Shown piece by piece: positions 1-11,664 of a stretch of 64,000 bases of DNA. The DNA is taken from NCBI RefSeq assembly GCF_006345805.1, contig NC_043003.1, positions 50,468,001 to 50,532,000 on the forward strand, read 5' to 3'. A model generated the notes under the pieces. The model was not told where the DNA came from. It was given only the letters and a program-made list of their open reading frames with translations, and ran no database searches. This DNA is from Octopus sinensis. Lineage: Eukaryota. The position numbers and the translations under genes were made by a program. Every line of letters starts with the position of its first letter. The stretch's first letter is position 1.

Positions 1-179
1 AGAGGTTTCAGAAACATGTTTACAGCAAATGAACTCAGTTGGTGTAGACAGTTTCCTTCGTTCATTTAGTACAACAGATTCAGAAGAATAATTAACGACC
101 TGTCTGAAAGGTGAACTTTGCTGCCCGTGTTCGTGTCCAGAGTGAATTAGTCGTTGCTTGTGTTGTTTTTAAAACTTAC

Positions 180-193
180 CTTTTTTGCTGCAC
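180..193 (-). other. Candidate 14-nt micro-exon
   Basis: Minus strand reads ccttcctgccttaattaacag|GTGCAGCAAAAAAG|gtaagt, giving an AG acceptor and a consensus AAG|GTAAGT donor. No homology support. Confidence 0.2.
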
Positions 194-235
194 CTGTTAA
201 TTAAGGCAGGAAGGATGTTTACGTGGTGTAGAAGA

Positions 236-419
236 GTATATACATACACTCACATACATATACAAACACACAACCATATATGCGTTTGTATGTATGAGTA
301 TACATGTATGTATGAGCATACATGTATGTATACATACATTACATACATACTTACATACACACGTACGTACATACATATATACATACATACATACATACAT
401 ACATACATACATACATACA

Positions 420-448
<29 letters not shown>
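236..448. repeat. (TACA)n / (CA,TA) compound microsatellite
   Basis: Directly visible tandem ATAC units, purest at ~375-448. Confidence 0.95.
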
Positions 449-451
<3 letters not shown>

Positions 452-985
452 AATATTTGTTGTTGCTGTTGCTGCTGTTCTTTAAAAATGTAATGCACAC
501 TGCTCTGGCGTTTTGAATATGCCAAAATGCCTGTTTTAGTATATAAATAAACACACACACATACAGACACACCAACACATACACAATATCACACACAGTC
601 AGGCAAACACGCATATTGTGAAGATGTGTGTGGGTACGAATGGAAGAGAAGAGCACTTAGCACATTATACACAGTTTATATCCGAAAATGAGCAATCGGT
701 CACATGTACAGCCATTTATCGTGATTTCATAAGTATGGTGTAGCTTTAGTCGCTTTCAGCTTGAAATTTGGATCCCCGGTGGTTAGTGTTAAGCTTGTTT
801 CCAATTTCACAATTCATGTAACGTCTTGTTACTGGTTGCACGTGAAATTTGCTGAAATTTGCTGCAATGCGCCATTAGAATATATAGGCGCTACTAGGGA
901 TGGAAGGTGACAACTCGTTCAAGATTAACCGCTTCCTTTTATAACATAATCAATTCTGTGATTTCCGCTGACATTATTTTCCTAT

Positions 986-1240
986 TTACATTATTTACAT
1001 TCGACGGAACGGATCTCGACGGTCCTCATCTTGTTTGTTGTTAACACAACGTTTCGGCTGATATACCCTCCAGCCTTCTTCATGTGTCTTGGGGAAATTT
1101 CGAACCTGGGTTCTCATTCCTAAGGTATTTTTCGATGTTATTATTATTATTAACAACAAACAAGATGAGGAGAAATATCCTCGAATGTAAATAATGTAAT
1201 TAATATACATAATTCCTCATCTCTTAAATATACAACTGTA
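986..1240 (-). mobile_element. Penelope-like (PLE) pLTR relic with a degenerate minimal hammerhead ribozyme and inverted arms
   Basis: Minus strand 1090-1045 reads gacac-ATGAAGA-aggctg(gagggtatat)cagcc-GAAAC-GTT-gtgtt, with core C3 mutated to A. Perfect inverted arms at 986-1004/1181-1199 (19 bp) and 1024-1044/1150-1170 (21 bp). Confidence 0.65.
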
Positions 1241-1741
1241 TTATTTTCCTAGTTAGTCTGTTAAGACTGATCCAATAAATATGATTGTCTATTGGAAATC
1301 ACAATGAATTTCTTTGATGAAGGATATTATTTGCTAATTTTGGATATATAGCTTCTGAACGTAGAGACTAAAATTGCGTAATCGATTGTAGTATTAAAGG
1401 TGCCGACTGCTAACCTTTCAAGTTATTTTATTGGAGTCATTCTATTTGTCTCTAAACTTCAGGGTTGGAAAGTGGTGTTAAACTTTTCCGTGGGTTTAAA
1501 GGAGTGCTACATCAAGGGCTGGCGCAGTTCTCACCGGATACTACTGTAGGCCCAACGATTGTTTGAGATTTATTGATCCATCCAGTTCTGTTTGGAGCTT
1601 AGAAATGAAGTACATGAGTGCCCTTCCATAGTCTGGAACTTTGCCCATGTTGGTGTTTTTTGCGTATGCAAACATATTTCTTTCTCTGTGAAGGTGAACG
1701 TATGTGTGTATGTAGACATTTATATATATTTATGCGATTCT

Positions 1742-1793
1742 ACACACACACACACACACACACACTCACACACACACACACACACCACACACA

Positions 1794-1873
<80 letters not shown>
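1742..1873. repeat. (CA)n microsatellite
   Basis: Visible tandem CA. Confidence 0.97.
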
Positions 1874-1874
<1 letters not shown>

Positions 1875-1958
1875 TTAAGCAAAACAGCAAGTTGTAAAAT
1901 CTCAAGAACAGACCTGAGTAGTAGTTATGCTGACAAGTTAAGTCAATCACCACATCAT

Positions 1959-2153
1959 AGTGGCTGTTCCGTGTTATTACTAGTTTAACCCCAGGCAGAT
2001 CATCTGCCAGCTGGTTATCAATGCGACGCTAAACCCTTTATATACAATATATATACGATACCCATTGTATATAAAAGGTGCGGCGCCGCACTGATAACCA
2101 GCTGACGGCGAATCTGCCTGGGGTTAAACTAGTAGTAAAGTAGAACAGCTACT
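1959..2153. mobile_element. Palindromic MITE-like fold-back element
   Basis: Imperfect ~90-bp arms: actagtttaaccccaggcag...ccagctggttatca versus tgataaccagctg...ctgcctggggttaaactagt, with a short AT-rich spacer. Confidence 0.7.
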
Positions 2154-2246
2154 TTGATGTGGTGATTGATGTTACTTATATATATGTCTGTGTGTGTGGA
2201 AGGGTGTGTGTGTTTGTGTGTATGTATATATATATGTATATATATA

Positions 2247-2393
2247 CAACGGGCTTCTTTCAGTTTCTATCTACCAAGTCCACGCACAGGGTTTTGGACG
2301 GCCCGTAGTAGACGACACTTGTCCAAGGTGCAGCCCAGTGGGACTGAACCAAGTGGTTAGAAAGCTACTTACTACTCAGCCACTCCTGCGCCT
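2247..2393 (-). mobile_element. tRNA-derived SINE family A, 5' module
   Basis: Reverse complement matches the head and core of the full copy at 56368-56850 (aggcgcaggagtggctg...cttggacaagtgtc...gaaactgaaagaagcccg). Confidence 0.85.
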
Positions 2394-2396
2394 ATA

Positions 2397-2482
<86 letters not shown>

Positions 2483-2650
2483 TATATATATATGCATATA
2501 TATGTATATATAATATATATATATATATATTTATGTAATTATATATATATATATATGTCAACGTGCGTGCGTATGCATATATATATGCATATATATATGT
2601 GTATATATATATGTATATATATATATATGTATATCTATATATATATATCA
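2394..2650. repeat. (TA)n compound microsatellite
   Basis: Visible. Confidence 0.95.
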
Positions 2651-3585
2651 CGATGTGATGTGTCTGTAATAATAGAAGAAATATCGCCCAAAACGAAAAC
2701 CACAATAAAGTTAAACCGCACAAATTGAGCACCGTGTAAACCGAGGGGTTACCGCACATGGATATGTGTGTACGTGTGTGGTTACGTGTGTATGTAAGTG
2801 CTTGCCTATATATACCTCTTGGTGTGTATGAATAGATGTTTTCTACACATGAGTGTGTATTGACAAAAGTATAAAAAATAGGAGCAAAAATACACACTCA
2901 TACATATTTACTTATCAGGGGTTAGTGTATACCCCATTTGTTTCTTTTCTTTCCTTATCTTTTCCACTCCCTTCATTTGCCTTTCTTAATTACATCACTT
3001 CCGTCATAAGATAATGAAAACAAAAGTACCAACTATATTTTCCATCCTAATAAGTTTACCCAAACATAAGCCCTTATAAACACGCCAATCTTTCCCGGCG
3101 CCCCTCTCTCTCTCCTCAATCTCTTCATTGCTATACGGCTTTCTATCTATATATTTGTCGCTCTACCTCTTTCCCTCTAATACTTTCTAGTTTCGTTTTG
3201 TTTTTTTTTTCGCTCCCACAACCCTATTTTGTATATAGCTCCTGCGTCATTATAGTGTTGTTAGAGAATCTGGTTATCAAGAAATATTTTAGTCTTAATG
3301 TATGAATGTAACGCATAATAGATAAGTTAACATCAATTAAATGTACGGTTTCTTCGCATTTTCTCTTAATTTCTTTTTCTTTTAGATTGCGAAGTCAGAT
3401 ACGAATCTTCAAATACGCAGCTGAAGAAAATGAGGTGGAATTATCTATTTTAATTGAGTTAAAGAAAGGCAGTAACTGTTCCTAATAATTCCCTGTATAT
3501 AATTCAGTGCGTATTAGTTGGTCTTTCTATCTTGCTGTCTGTCGGTGGTACTGTATATCTGCCTGTGTATTTAGTTGTCTGTCTG

Positions 3586-3587
<2 letters not shown>

Positions 3588-3623
<36 letters not shown>

Positions 3624-4255
3624 TGAGAATGTGTGTCTGTCTGTGTGTTTCCCTAAAACTTGATAATTACACAACCAATTTCATTCAAATTTTACACATG
3701 CCTTACTTAGGGTCCGGGGAGTGTCATCGGCAAAAAAAATTCAACTTCTTTCCTTGAGCGAGCCCATAGCAATATCATATCTTCTCCACTATTTCAGTAT
3801 TACATGTTAGAAGTGAAACAAAAACGTTTCCCTACTTTATGTCAGATACTTTCACTTTAACAATAAAAATAATAATAACAATTGAATTATATGTAGTAAG
3901 TAATAATTAAAATCGAACTAAAGTATAATATAATCGTAACATAACAAAAGTAAAAATAGCAATTGGTATAAAATTGCATCAATGACTTGAACTTGAATAA
4001 GTGGTTTCACATGAATGGGAATAAATTAAAAATAAAATTAGCATGCAGAAATGGAATAGTCTTACAATTCCAGTCTGTTATATATTTTCAGTATTGTTAT
4101 CACTAGCGATATCAAGATATAACTTTGTATTTTGTATTTTATGTGTAGATGTATATATATATATATATAGATGTACATGTAATATGTACACATATATATA
4201 CACATATATACATGCACTAGCGCTATGACCCGGCAAAGACGGGTCATAATGCTAG
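3588..4255 (+). mobile_element. Non-autonomous Helitron/Helentron-like element
   Basis: The 3' end has a 9-bp hairpin (tatgacccg-gcaaaga-cgggtcata, 4224-4248) followed by atgCTAG. The 5' part has tgtctgtctgtgtg followed by accaatttcattcaaatttt, typical of DINE-1/HINE-like cores. Confidence 0.65.
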
Positions 4256-4409
4256 TACATATATATGTATACGTATATGGATAGATATACATGCGTTCAT
4301 ATGTATGTATTTAATATGTTTCTAAGTACATGTTTGCATATGTACGCATTTATGTACGAACGTTTGGAAATGTGTATGTGTACATATATGTGTATGTCTA
4401 TATATATAT

Positions 4410-4440
<31 letters not shown>

Positions 4441-4666
4441 GTATGTATGTGTATGTATGTATGTATGTATGTATGTGTATATATATATATATATATGTCA
4501 GTTGCTTTCTTTCTACTTCCCTCTGAAAACATTTATAAAATGCCTCGCCTTCCCATCTCTAGGTATTAGTTTGCTTTAAAATAATGCAAAAAAGTGTTTT
4601 CCGATATTTGTTGCTGTTAAGCACCCAGTTGCACTCAGAACATCCAATACAGTGTAAGAAGGAACG

Positions 4667-4729
4667 TTCTTACGTGCGTTTCACGATAGTTCCTGCGTAC
4701 GTTTCGCTATTGTGAAACGTACGTAGGAA
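4667..4729 (+). ncRNA. Candidate pre-miRNA-like hairpin
   Basis: Arms ttcttacgtgcgtttcacgatag and ctattgtgaaacgtacgtaggaa pair over 23 bp using only Watson-Crick and G:U pairs, around a 17-nt loop. Confidence 0.3.
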
Positions 4730-5389
4730 TTAGAAACATAAACATGTTTATTGTAATTCTCCCCCCCCCCCACACACACACACACATTTGCTTTGCATTT
4801 CATAGCTGGTGATGCTACTAAGTATAGTAGTTGCTTAATGACTGTACTGGGAGCAGACTGGACAATGATAATGTACCTGCAGCTTTATACTTAAAAACAG
4901 CTGTCATACGACAGACAGAAAGAAAAACAGACAGATAGACAGACAGACAGACAGATGTATTTGTAAAGCCAAAACTACTGCCTTTCTTCTATCTGTTGTG
5001 CATCGTCCCTCAAAGCATAAACGATGTTGATGAAGTAGATGTCATCATTCTACACAAGGTTGCTCTGTAGAACCAAACACAGAGATAGTCGAATGGATTT
5101 CTCTTCATTCAAAACTAATTACTCTGATGCTTGCCTTGTTAGCTTCCTTCGGCATACTAGTGATGTGCAGGACCAATGGCGGTTCGTGTATAGGCACTGC
5201 GCAACTGCAGCACCCCTTATTCCACTCGATATTATCGATAACATTCAATATAATGAGTCTTTTTTTCTTTAATTCTTTCTTTACACTTGTACATTATATA
5301 ATCCTTAAGCTTAATGTCAGTAGCCATCCCCAAGTTTATGAAAAAAATACAAAAATCCTTGTACAAAACTGTGCGCTTCACATTTCCAG

Positions 5390-5504
5390 CGACGCGGTGT
5401 TTGCCTGTTGTGCGCATGCTCACATGTCCGAGATAGGAAGCTGCACGCTAGGGAAAGTGATCACTGTCGTTCACGCAGTGCTGACCCTGGTGTGCTGGTG
5501 AAAG
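5390..5504 (+). other. Candidate exon (possibly 5' UTR)
   Basis: cttcacatttccag|CGACG...GTGAAAG|gtagtg. A CpG/GC-richer 115-nt island with one open frame (RRGVCLLCACSHVRDRKLHARESDHCRSRSADPGVLVK). Confidence 0.25.
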
Positions 5505-6276
5505 GTAGTGTTTCTTTTTGACACTGCGTATGTTGTGCTTAGAAAACATGTTTATATTCTTGAATGTGATAAAGTGTAGAATTAGATTATTATCCTGCTC
5601 GCAGATTCAGTGTTGCTGCCAGGATTTGAAAAATAGGGCATATCCCCCCCCCCTTAATTTGTGATTTAGAGGGGATTTTTTGAAAAACAAGGGGGAATTC
5701 GCGGCCGTGTTCAGTGAACAAATTAAACACACTACCCAGCAGTGGCTAAAACGCGAACCAATCAAGTTTCTGTATAAATTTTCTTTTTACATCTTTGTTT
5801 CCTTTAACACAATACTAAAACAACGGCTAAAAATTTTCTGGAGCAGCACCCGCATTAATTTTATCTACGAGCTGCCACTGCGCAGGACTTATTTAACATT
5901 TAGGCAGTGGACTAATTTGTGATATCAGATCGCAGCCATACACATCACTGGGTCTATTGCGTACATGATTGTCATAACCTTGTTGGTTTACTACAAGTAT
6001 TGGTGAGACTTATAGAGCTGTTCTTGCAGCTGTAGCATCTAATTTTCAAAATCTTTGTTGCTACTACATCTGCTACTACCTCTGCTGCAGGTGTCATTGT
6101 TACTGTTAGCTTGTAGTAGTAAAACCTGGGTGGTCCATCATTCGTGTACAACATTGAAAATCTCAATGTCTTCTATACGGTGTTTCGTATACTTGGAGAA
6201 ATCATAATCTAACATCTAGGTATTGTTATTCATAGAGCAATGAATGAATAAACTTCTGTTCTTATGTGTCACTCAC

Positions 6277-6387
6277 CTAAATCGACCAAGATTCGTATCA
6301 ACAATGGAAGACGGATGGTTGATTGGAACTTGAATCCAGCATTCGTTAGAGGTGTTCGACTTCGATTTCCTTTGCTTCAAAGATGAC
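6277..6387 (-). other. Candidate 111-nt symmetric exon
   Basis: Strong donor TAG|GTGAGT and a single open frame (SSLKQRKSKSNTSNECWIQVPINHPSSIVDTNLGRF), but the acceptor lacks a pyrimidine tract. Confidence 0.18.
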
Positions 6388-6650
6388 CTAAACCGCGACT
6401 TTCCTATTTTATATATTTATATATTGTGTGTTCAATGTCTGGAATAATGATAGGGTTGTTACAGCTGAATATGTTTGATCATAAGATCTTTAATCTCAGG
6501 TTAGCTGACCTTAGACTAACAAATCTACCGTATTCCCATTGGAGAATTTTTTATGTCTTTGAACAAAGAATCTAATATTGTTATTATTGTTTTTGTTTAG
6601 TTCTAGGTCAATTCTGATCGTGCAAAGCTATAATCAAGAACACTTCAATC

Positions 6651-6742
6651 ATGGCAATCTCACCCGAGAACAGAGTCCCCGTGGATTACACAACATTGAC
6701 AGAGTACAGTTTAAAAGAGATTTGGCTGTTATTTCTAACTGG
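6651..6742 (+). CDS. Candidate first coding exon of an unidentified spliced gene (exon 6607-6742)
   Basis: Acceptor ttgtttttgtttagttctag|, aatcATGG start after an in-frame upstream stop, donor TGG|GTGAGT. Encodes MAISPENRVPVDYTTLTEYSLKEIWLLFLT(G). Protein not recognised. Confidence 0.35.
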
Positions 6743-7551
6743 GTGAGTGGCCACACATACGTTTTTCGTTGTTGGCTCCCCATGCAAATAAGGACATGTC
6801 GGATACGTGATGTTTAGGTTATACGTAGACGACGAGGCGTTATGGTGGAATCGTAAGCATGGGAGTAAAGATTAGTTACAACCAATTGTTCAGCTATGCT
6901 GTATCAGTTAACTAAGCCAGAGCTACCATGATAGAATTTCGTTATTATTTTTATCGATTTTGACTTCAGCTTTGGCATATTGGAAAGATTTACGTCTCAA
7001 AAATAAATATAACTGAAGGAATGACGCAATGCAATGCATTGGTTAGTGATTGTAAATGCCCAATAGAGATTTGTATTGACATAAGAAAGATAAAGATTCC
7101 ACAGTTAGTATTTCGTGTGTTGTATGAAGATTTTGTGTATCTAACCGAAATGGTCTCTCAGAGTTCAAGTACAGCCTTCTGAGAGATAAGCAGTATATTT
7201 AGACATTTTACTAGATCAGAGAATTTTAGAATCTTTTATTAATGGAAAATAGTGTTTACGACTGACATTACTGTCATTTCGGACGGGAAGTGCCATGATA
7301 ATGAGAATCAAAGTCACTGTAGCATCCGTCGTAAGTCAAGCAAGATAAATATCAAGTTTTCCTGCATGGGTTTTAGTTGCAAATACGATAAATGAAATTG
7401 CAGTTAAAATGAAAGATTATACTAAACTATTAGACATAATGACGAAGAATGATAGCAGAGTAAGAAAAAGAAAGAAAAAAGACATCGATACGATTTTTAC
7501 CTTGTAAATTTGCAGTTTAAACACACAAGAGATCATACAGATGTCGCGACG

Positions 7552-7813
7552 AACATTTACGTGGTTGTGTAATGAAATAATTCATTCACAATCACGTAGT
7601 TCCCGGTTCGATACAGCATCTTGAATATCGTTTTCTACGGTACTTTCGATTTCTGAATGGCATTCTAGAGAAGGAAACAACATTTACGTTGTTGTGTAAT
7701 GAAATAATTCATTCACAATCACGTAGTTCCCGGTTCGATCCCACTGTACAGCATCTTGAATATCGTTTTCTACGGTACTTTCGGTTTCTGAATGGCATTC
7801 TAGAGAAGGAAAC
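7552..7813 (+). repeat. Local tandem duplication (127 bp period) of a decayed SINE-A head
   Basis: aacatttacgt...gagaaggaaac occurs at 7552 and 7679; copy 1 lacks cccactgt. Confidence 0.9.
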
Positions 7814-7922
7814 TGTGCAAAAGCCTCTTGAGAATTATTCCTTTCTTAGTGGTAAGACCATAGCGGATCTTCTTCTAGCATAAAGGATAACCACTTACAG
7901 GTCATCCCTTTTATATGTATAC

Positions 7923-7985
<63 letters not shown>

Positions 7986-8047
7986 TGTGCCAAATGCCAC
8001 TGCTGGGTTTCAATTTTTAACAAATTCTTTAACTTTACAAATAAATG

Positions 8048-8078
<31 letters not shown>

Positions 8079-8089
8079 TAATGACTACA

Positions 8090-8600
8090 TTTTGCATTTG
8101 CGTCGAAACACGATGCTACGGACTCGTCATATCTCTGTCTCTTTTCAGCAGTCCCGATACCAAATGTCGGATACTTTCTGCATCCAGCTAACATTGAACG
8201 CCGCTCGACATATCCGATTGTGGCAGCCATTGAGGAAGTTAATCATGGATTTTGTAGGTGCCCAAATTTTACACCCATAATAAACAACAAAATAAAATTG
8301 TTGCACTAAAATCGATTAAGATAGGTAGTCGGTATTGGAGGTCCCCAGCCTTATGATCTTAGCATGGAATAAACCAGATGTTATGAACGAACCCGATGTT
8401 GACTAAGAAGTTTGGGCAGACTTGAGGCTGTATGGTGAGTTATGTTCCTCGGAATTAAAAGCAAGCAACTCTAGTCTAATGTATGAGACTTTTGTCCATC
8501 CAACGATAGCCATCTCTTGAGCATTGTGCTGTTATTTCAGTTAGGATATTTAATCTCAAGCCAATCGGATCTATGATGAAAAGCATTCTGTCTGTGGTCG
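8090..8600 (-). mobile_element. RTE-clade LINE reverse transcriptase relic
   Basis: Minus-strand translation YYGCKIWAPTKSMINFLNGCHNRICRAAFNVSWMQKVSD resembles the RTE motif LYGCETW..TK....L.G...RMLR.ALN.SW; IGLRLN lies upstream; stops and frameshifts present. Confidence 0.7.
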
Positions 8601-9139
8601 AGTGGCCATTTTTGAACTGCATCATCCACTGTCCTTTCTATTTTATAAAACGGATGGAAATGATCTGCAATGAGGTTTAGTTGTAATTCTTGCATCTCGA
8701 CCCTCAGTGTAAGAACACCCCAGTATTTATCAAACTGCACGCTTAAAAGAAGTTAGGTTTTTCAGTAACTGACACCGCCGTATCGAATAAGTTAGAGGCG
8801 ACTCTATGCATTTTGTATGTAGGTAAATAAATGAGTTTCCTCAACATTATGGCTGAGGGTCGGCTGCCTCAACAACAACCACCACTATTTATTTCACACT
8901 GTGATCGTGTGCTAGAGTCGTAAATTACGCCAGATATCACCCCGTTCGGTCTTTTATGTCAGCCCCACTGTTTTAATTTTTTTGCTCACAAGCCTGTTTT
9001 CTGTCCACCCAACTTTCGAGAGCATTTTGAAGGCACACGAAGTTCAGTAATATATCATTGCTCCCTCGAACACTGTCCCCGGTTGAAATATGTTGCAGAA
9101 AAATAAAATAAAAACAGAGTATCACAATTATTCTAAAAG

Positions 9140-9252
9140 GAATTCAATCCCACTGCGCAGTACTTTGGGCCCGTTGTCGGTTACCACAGCCTCAAGTCAT
9201 TCAAAGCTTTGTGAATGAAATTTGACGGACGGAAATTGTGTGGAAGCCTATA
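9140..9252 (+). mobile_element. Old SINE family A 5' module
   Basis: ttcaatcccactgcgcagtactttggg...aaagctttgtgaatgaaatttgacggacggaaattgtgtggaagcc aligns by eye to the family A core. Confidence 0.55.
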
Positions 9253-10689
9253 GGAAGAACCTTTCTCGTTCTTGTCAGTAGACTTTATTATATTAACATT
9301 TCTTTCTAGGGTTTCTTCAGCTGAGTCCATTCGGTAGCAAGCATTTAGGTCAGGTCCCGGGACTAAAGTTAATACCCTGCCTTTTCTTCCATCAACAACA
9401 GAAACGTTACAGAACGGTTAAGGATTCTGTCTTACATCTTCTGATTAGGTCATGTAAAAAGTTCTAAAACACAGTTCATTAATGCAGGTTAACAAGTCTC
9501 ACTCGCAAAGTCTTCGTGATACTCCTGCCAAAACAGCAAAAAGTCAGTTTTCTTTTTTGCTTTTATTTTTGCGTTTTATGGTATATTTATTTATTCATTT
9601 ACTTATTTATTTATTTTGTCTTCCAGCTTACACAGTCTAACCACAGTTAAAAGAAAGCTTGAAGAGGATTAATGTTATCGACAAGAATGTGGCATAAGCG
9701 AGTCGTAACATCATGGCTTACAACAACAATAATAAACAAAATTATCTTAGTTATTGTGTCAACAAATCTCTGAACAGATTTCTTGAAAGCTTGTTTGTAG
9801 CAATTATTTTGGCAAGACATCGTCGCATTTTCACATCTTCCTTCTAAATCACGCAAGGGAACTTCTGAACAACGCTACGGCATTCATCTGGACGAGATTC
9901 TTTTATTCCTTATTTCGGTAAATCGGGAGTAGGCGGGAGGGTGTATAGCATCTGTTGACAACAGTTTTCTTTTTCTTTCGCACCATGCTTTTTAAGTATA
10001 TATTTTTAAATACTTTTCTTTCTTTCGTTCTTTTACAGCGAGTTGTTCCGATTAGCAATCCAAACATCATCCCGCCTACCCTACTTCACACCGCACCAAC
10101 TTCTTGACAGATGCCTACCCCCGTGAATATGAAGTTTCATATGACACTTGCTGACAACAACTACATTGTGAATACTTGTTGTCATCATTACAGTACTAAG
10201 AAAAAACAGCTAGGTATTATTTATCCACCCTCATTTACACCAGCCTTAACATCTTCTACTGTCAACAGCCACCTATAACCTTTGGCATAGATATTTAACT
10301 TTAAAAGCTTGTTATTCTTTTTTGTTTCGCTTTATTGTTGCAGCTGTATTTTTTAATTGTATTCAATATCTCTGTTCTGTTTTACCGCATTCACTATCCA
10401 CGTTCCAAAGACCGTCAGCTAAGTTGAATCGTTTACGTGAACAACAGATACGTTTGTTAACAACAGCTATAAAAATAATAAAATCAGTAATAATGATAAT
10501 TTCTTTTACTTACTTGCCACAAGGGCGTCAGATGAGAATGTTATCGCAAGGACAATTTACAATTTGTATGCAGGTTTACATAAAATATAAGGGCAAGAAA
10601 TGGAAAGGTGGGGAAATGCGATAAAAATTTTACATGGTATACAAACTATGTGAACATATGGATGATGGAGCCAGAGCCTCTAAACGAAA

Positions 10690-10915
10690 CCAATTAAGAA
10701 ACCCCACAGATTCAGGATCATGCCGACCATCAAGGGTACGAGCCCTCATCCAGTTGTTGTTCTCCAATCAACAGATGCTTAAAATATTCCCATTCACCCT
10801 TACCATTTTTGTCACAGCCAAGGGGTTCATTGGGGCAAGGTCACTTTTTCACCAATTTCTCTTTACTTTTCAAGTGGGTCTTGCAAAAGCTGTCAATGAG
10901 GGCGGACACAACCGA
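10690..10915 (-). mobile_element. L1/Tx1-like LINE 3' end relic
   Basis: Minus-strand peptides SALIDSFCKTHLKSK and AVTKMVRVNGNILSIC* resemble a Tx1 ORF2 C-terminus, followed by a putative 3' UTR. Confidence 0.4.
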
Positions 10916-11019
10916 TGAGGAAAGGGGTAGTCTTCAATAATAATAAGAAAGGTTTCAAATACTATCACAAGGCCATCAAGTTTGAGAGATGCGGTAGGTC
11001 GATTAAATCGACCCAAGTG

Positions 11020-11160
11020 CTCAACTGTTACTTATTTCATCGACTCCGAAATTATGAAAGGCAAAATCGGCCTCTCCGGGATTTGAACTCAGAACGTAAA
11101 GACGGGCAAAATGTCGCTAAGCATTTTGGCCGAAGCGGTAAAGATTCTGACAACAGTAAT
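11020..11160 (-). mobile_element. tRNA-derived SINE family B (decayed)
   Basis: Reverse complement of acgttctgagttcaaat...gcctttcat seen in the young copies at 17654 and 24875. Confidence 0.7.
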
Positions 11161-11338
11161 AAGTTCTAAAATAGGCGCACAGCTACAAATTTCGAGATAT
11201 TTGAAGAATTGAACCAAGTTCATGACTGGTGATTATCCATCTTGGAAGATAAAAAAAAAAATTCGACACCGAGGGGTTTTGAAATCAGGACTTGGCGGTA
11301 CCTAAATATAGATTCGCCTCCCTACAGTCTACTCTCAT

Positions 11339-11340
11339 AA

Positions 11341-11407
<67 letters not shown>

Positions 11408-11598
11408 GTAATAATAATAATAGTAATAATAATAGTAATAATAATAGTAATAATAATAATAGCTTAATAATAATAATTATAATTATAATAATAATAATAG
11501 TAATAATAGTAATAATAATAATTATAATGATAATAGTAATAATAATAATAACAATAGTAATAATAATAATAATAATAATAATAGTAATAATAATAACA

Positions 11599-11663
<65 letters not shown>
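11339..11663. repeat. Long (AAT)n array with AGT/AAC variants
   Basis: About 325 bp of visible trinucleotide repeat. Confidence 0.97.

Positions 11664-11664
<1 letters not shown>

Noticed and set aside
3386-3471. Plus-strand exon after a strong polypyrimidine acceptor (LRSQIRIFKYAAEENEVELSILIELKKG)
   Set aside because: The donor is weak, and its frame hits a stop when joined to the next candidate exon. It could only be a UTR exon and there is no further support.
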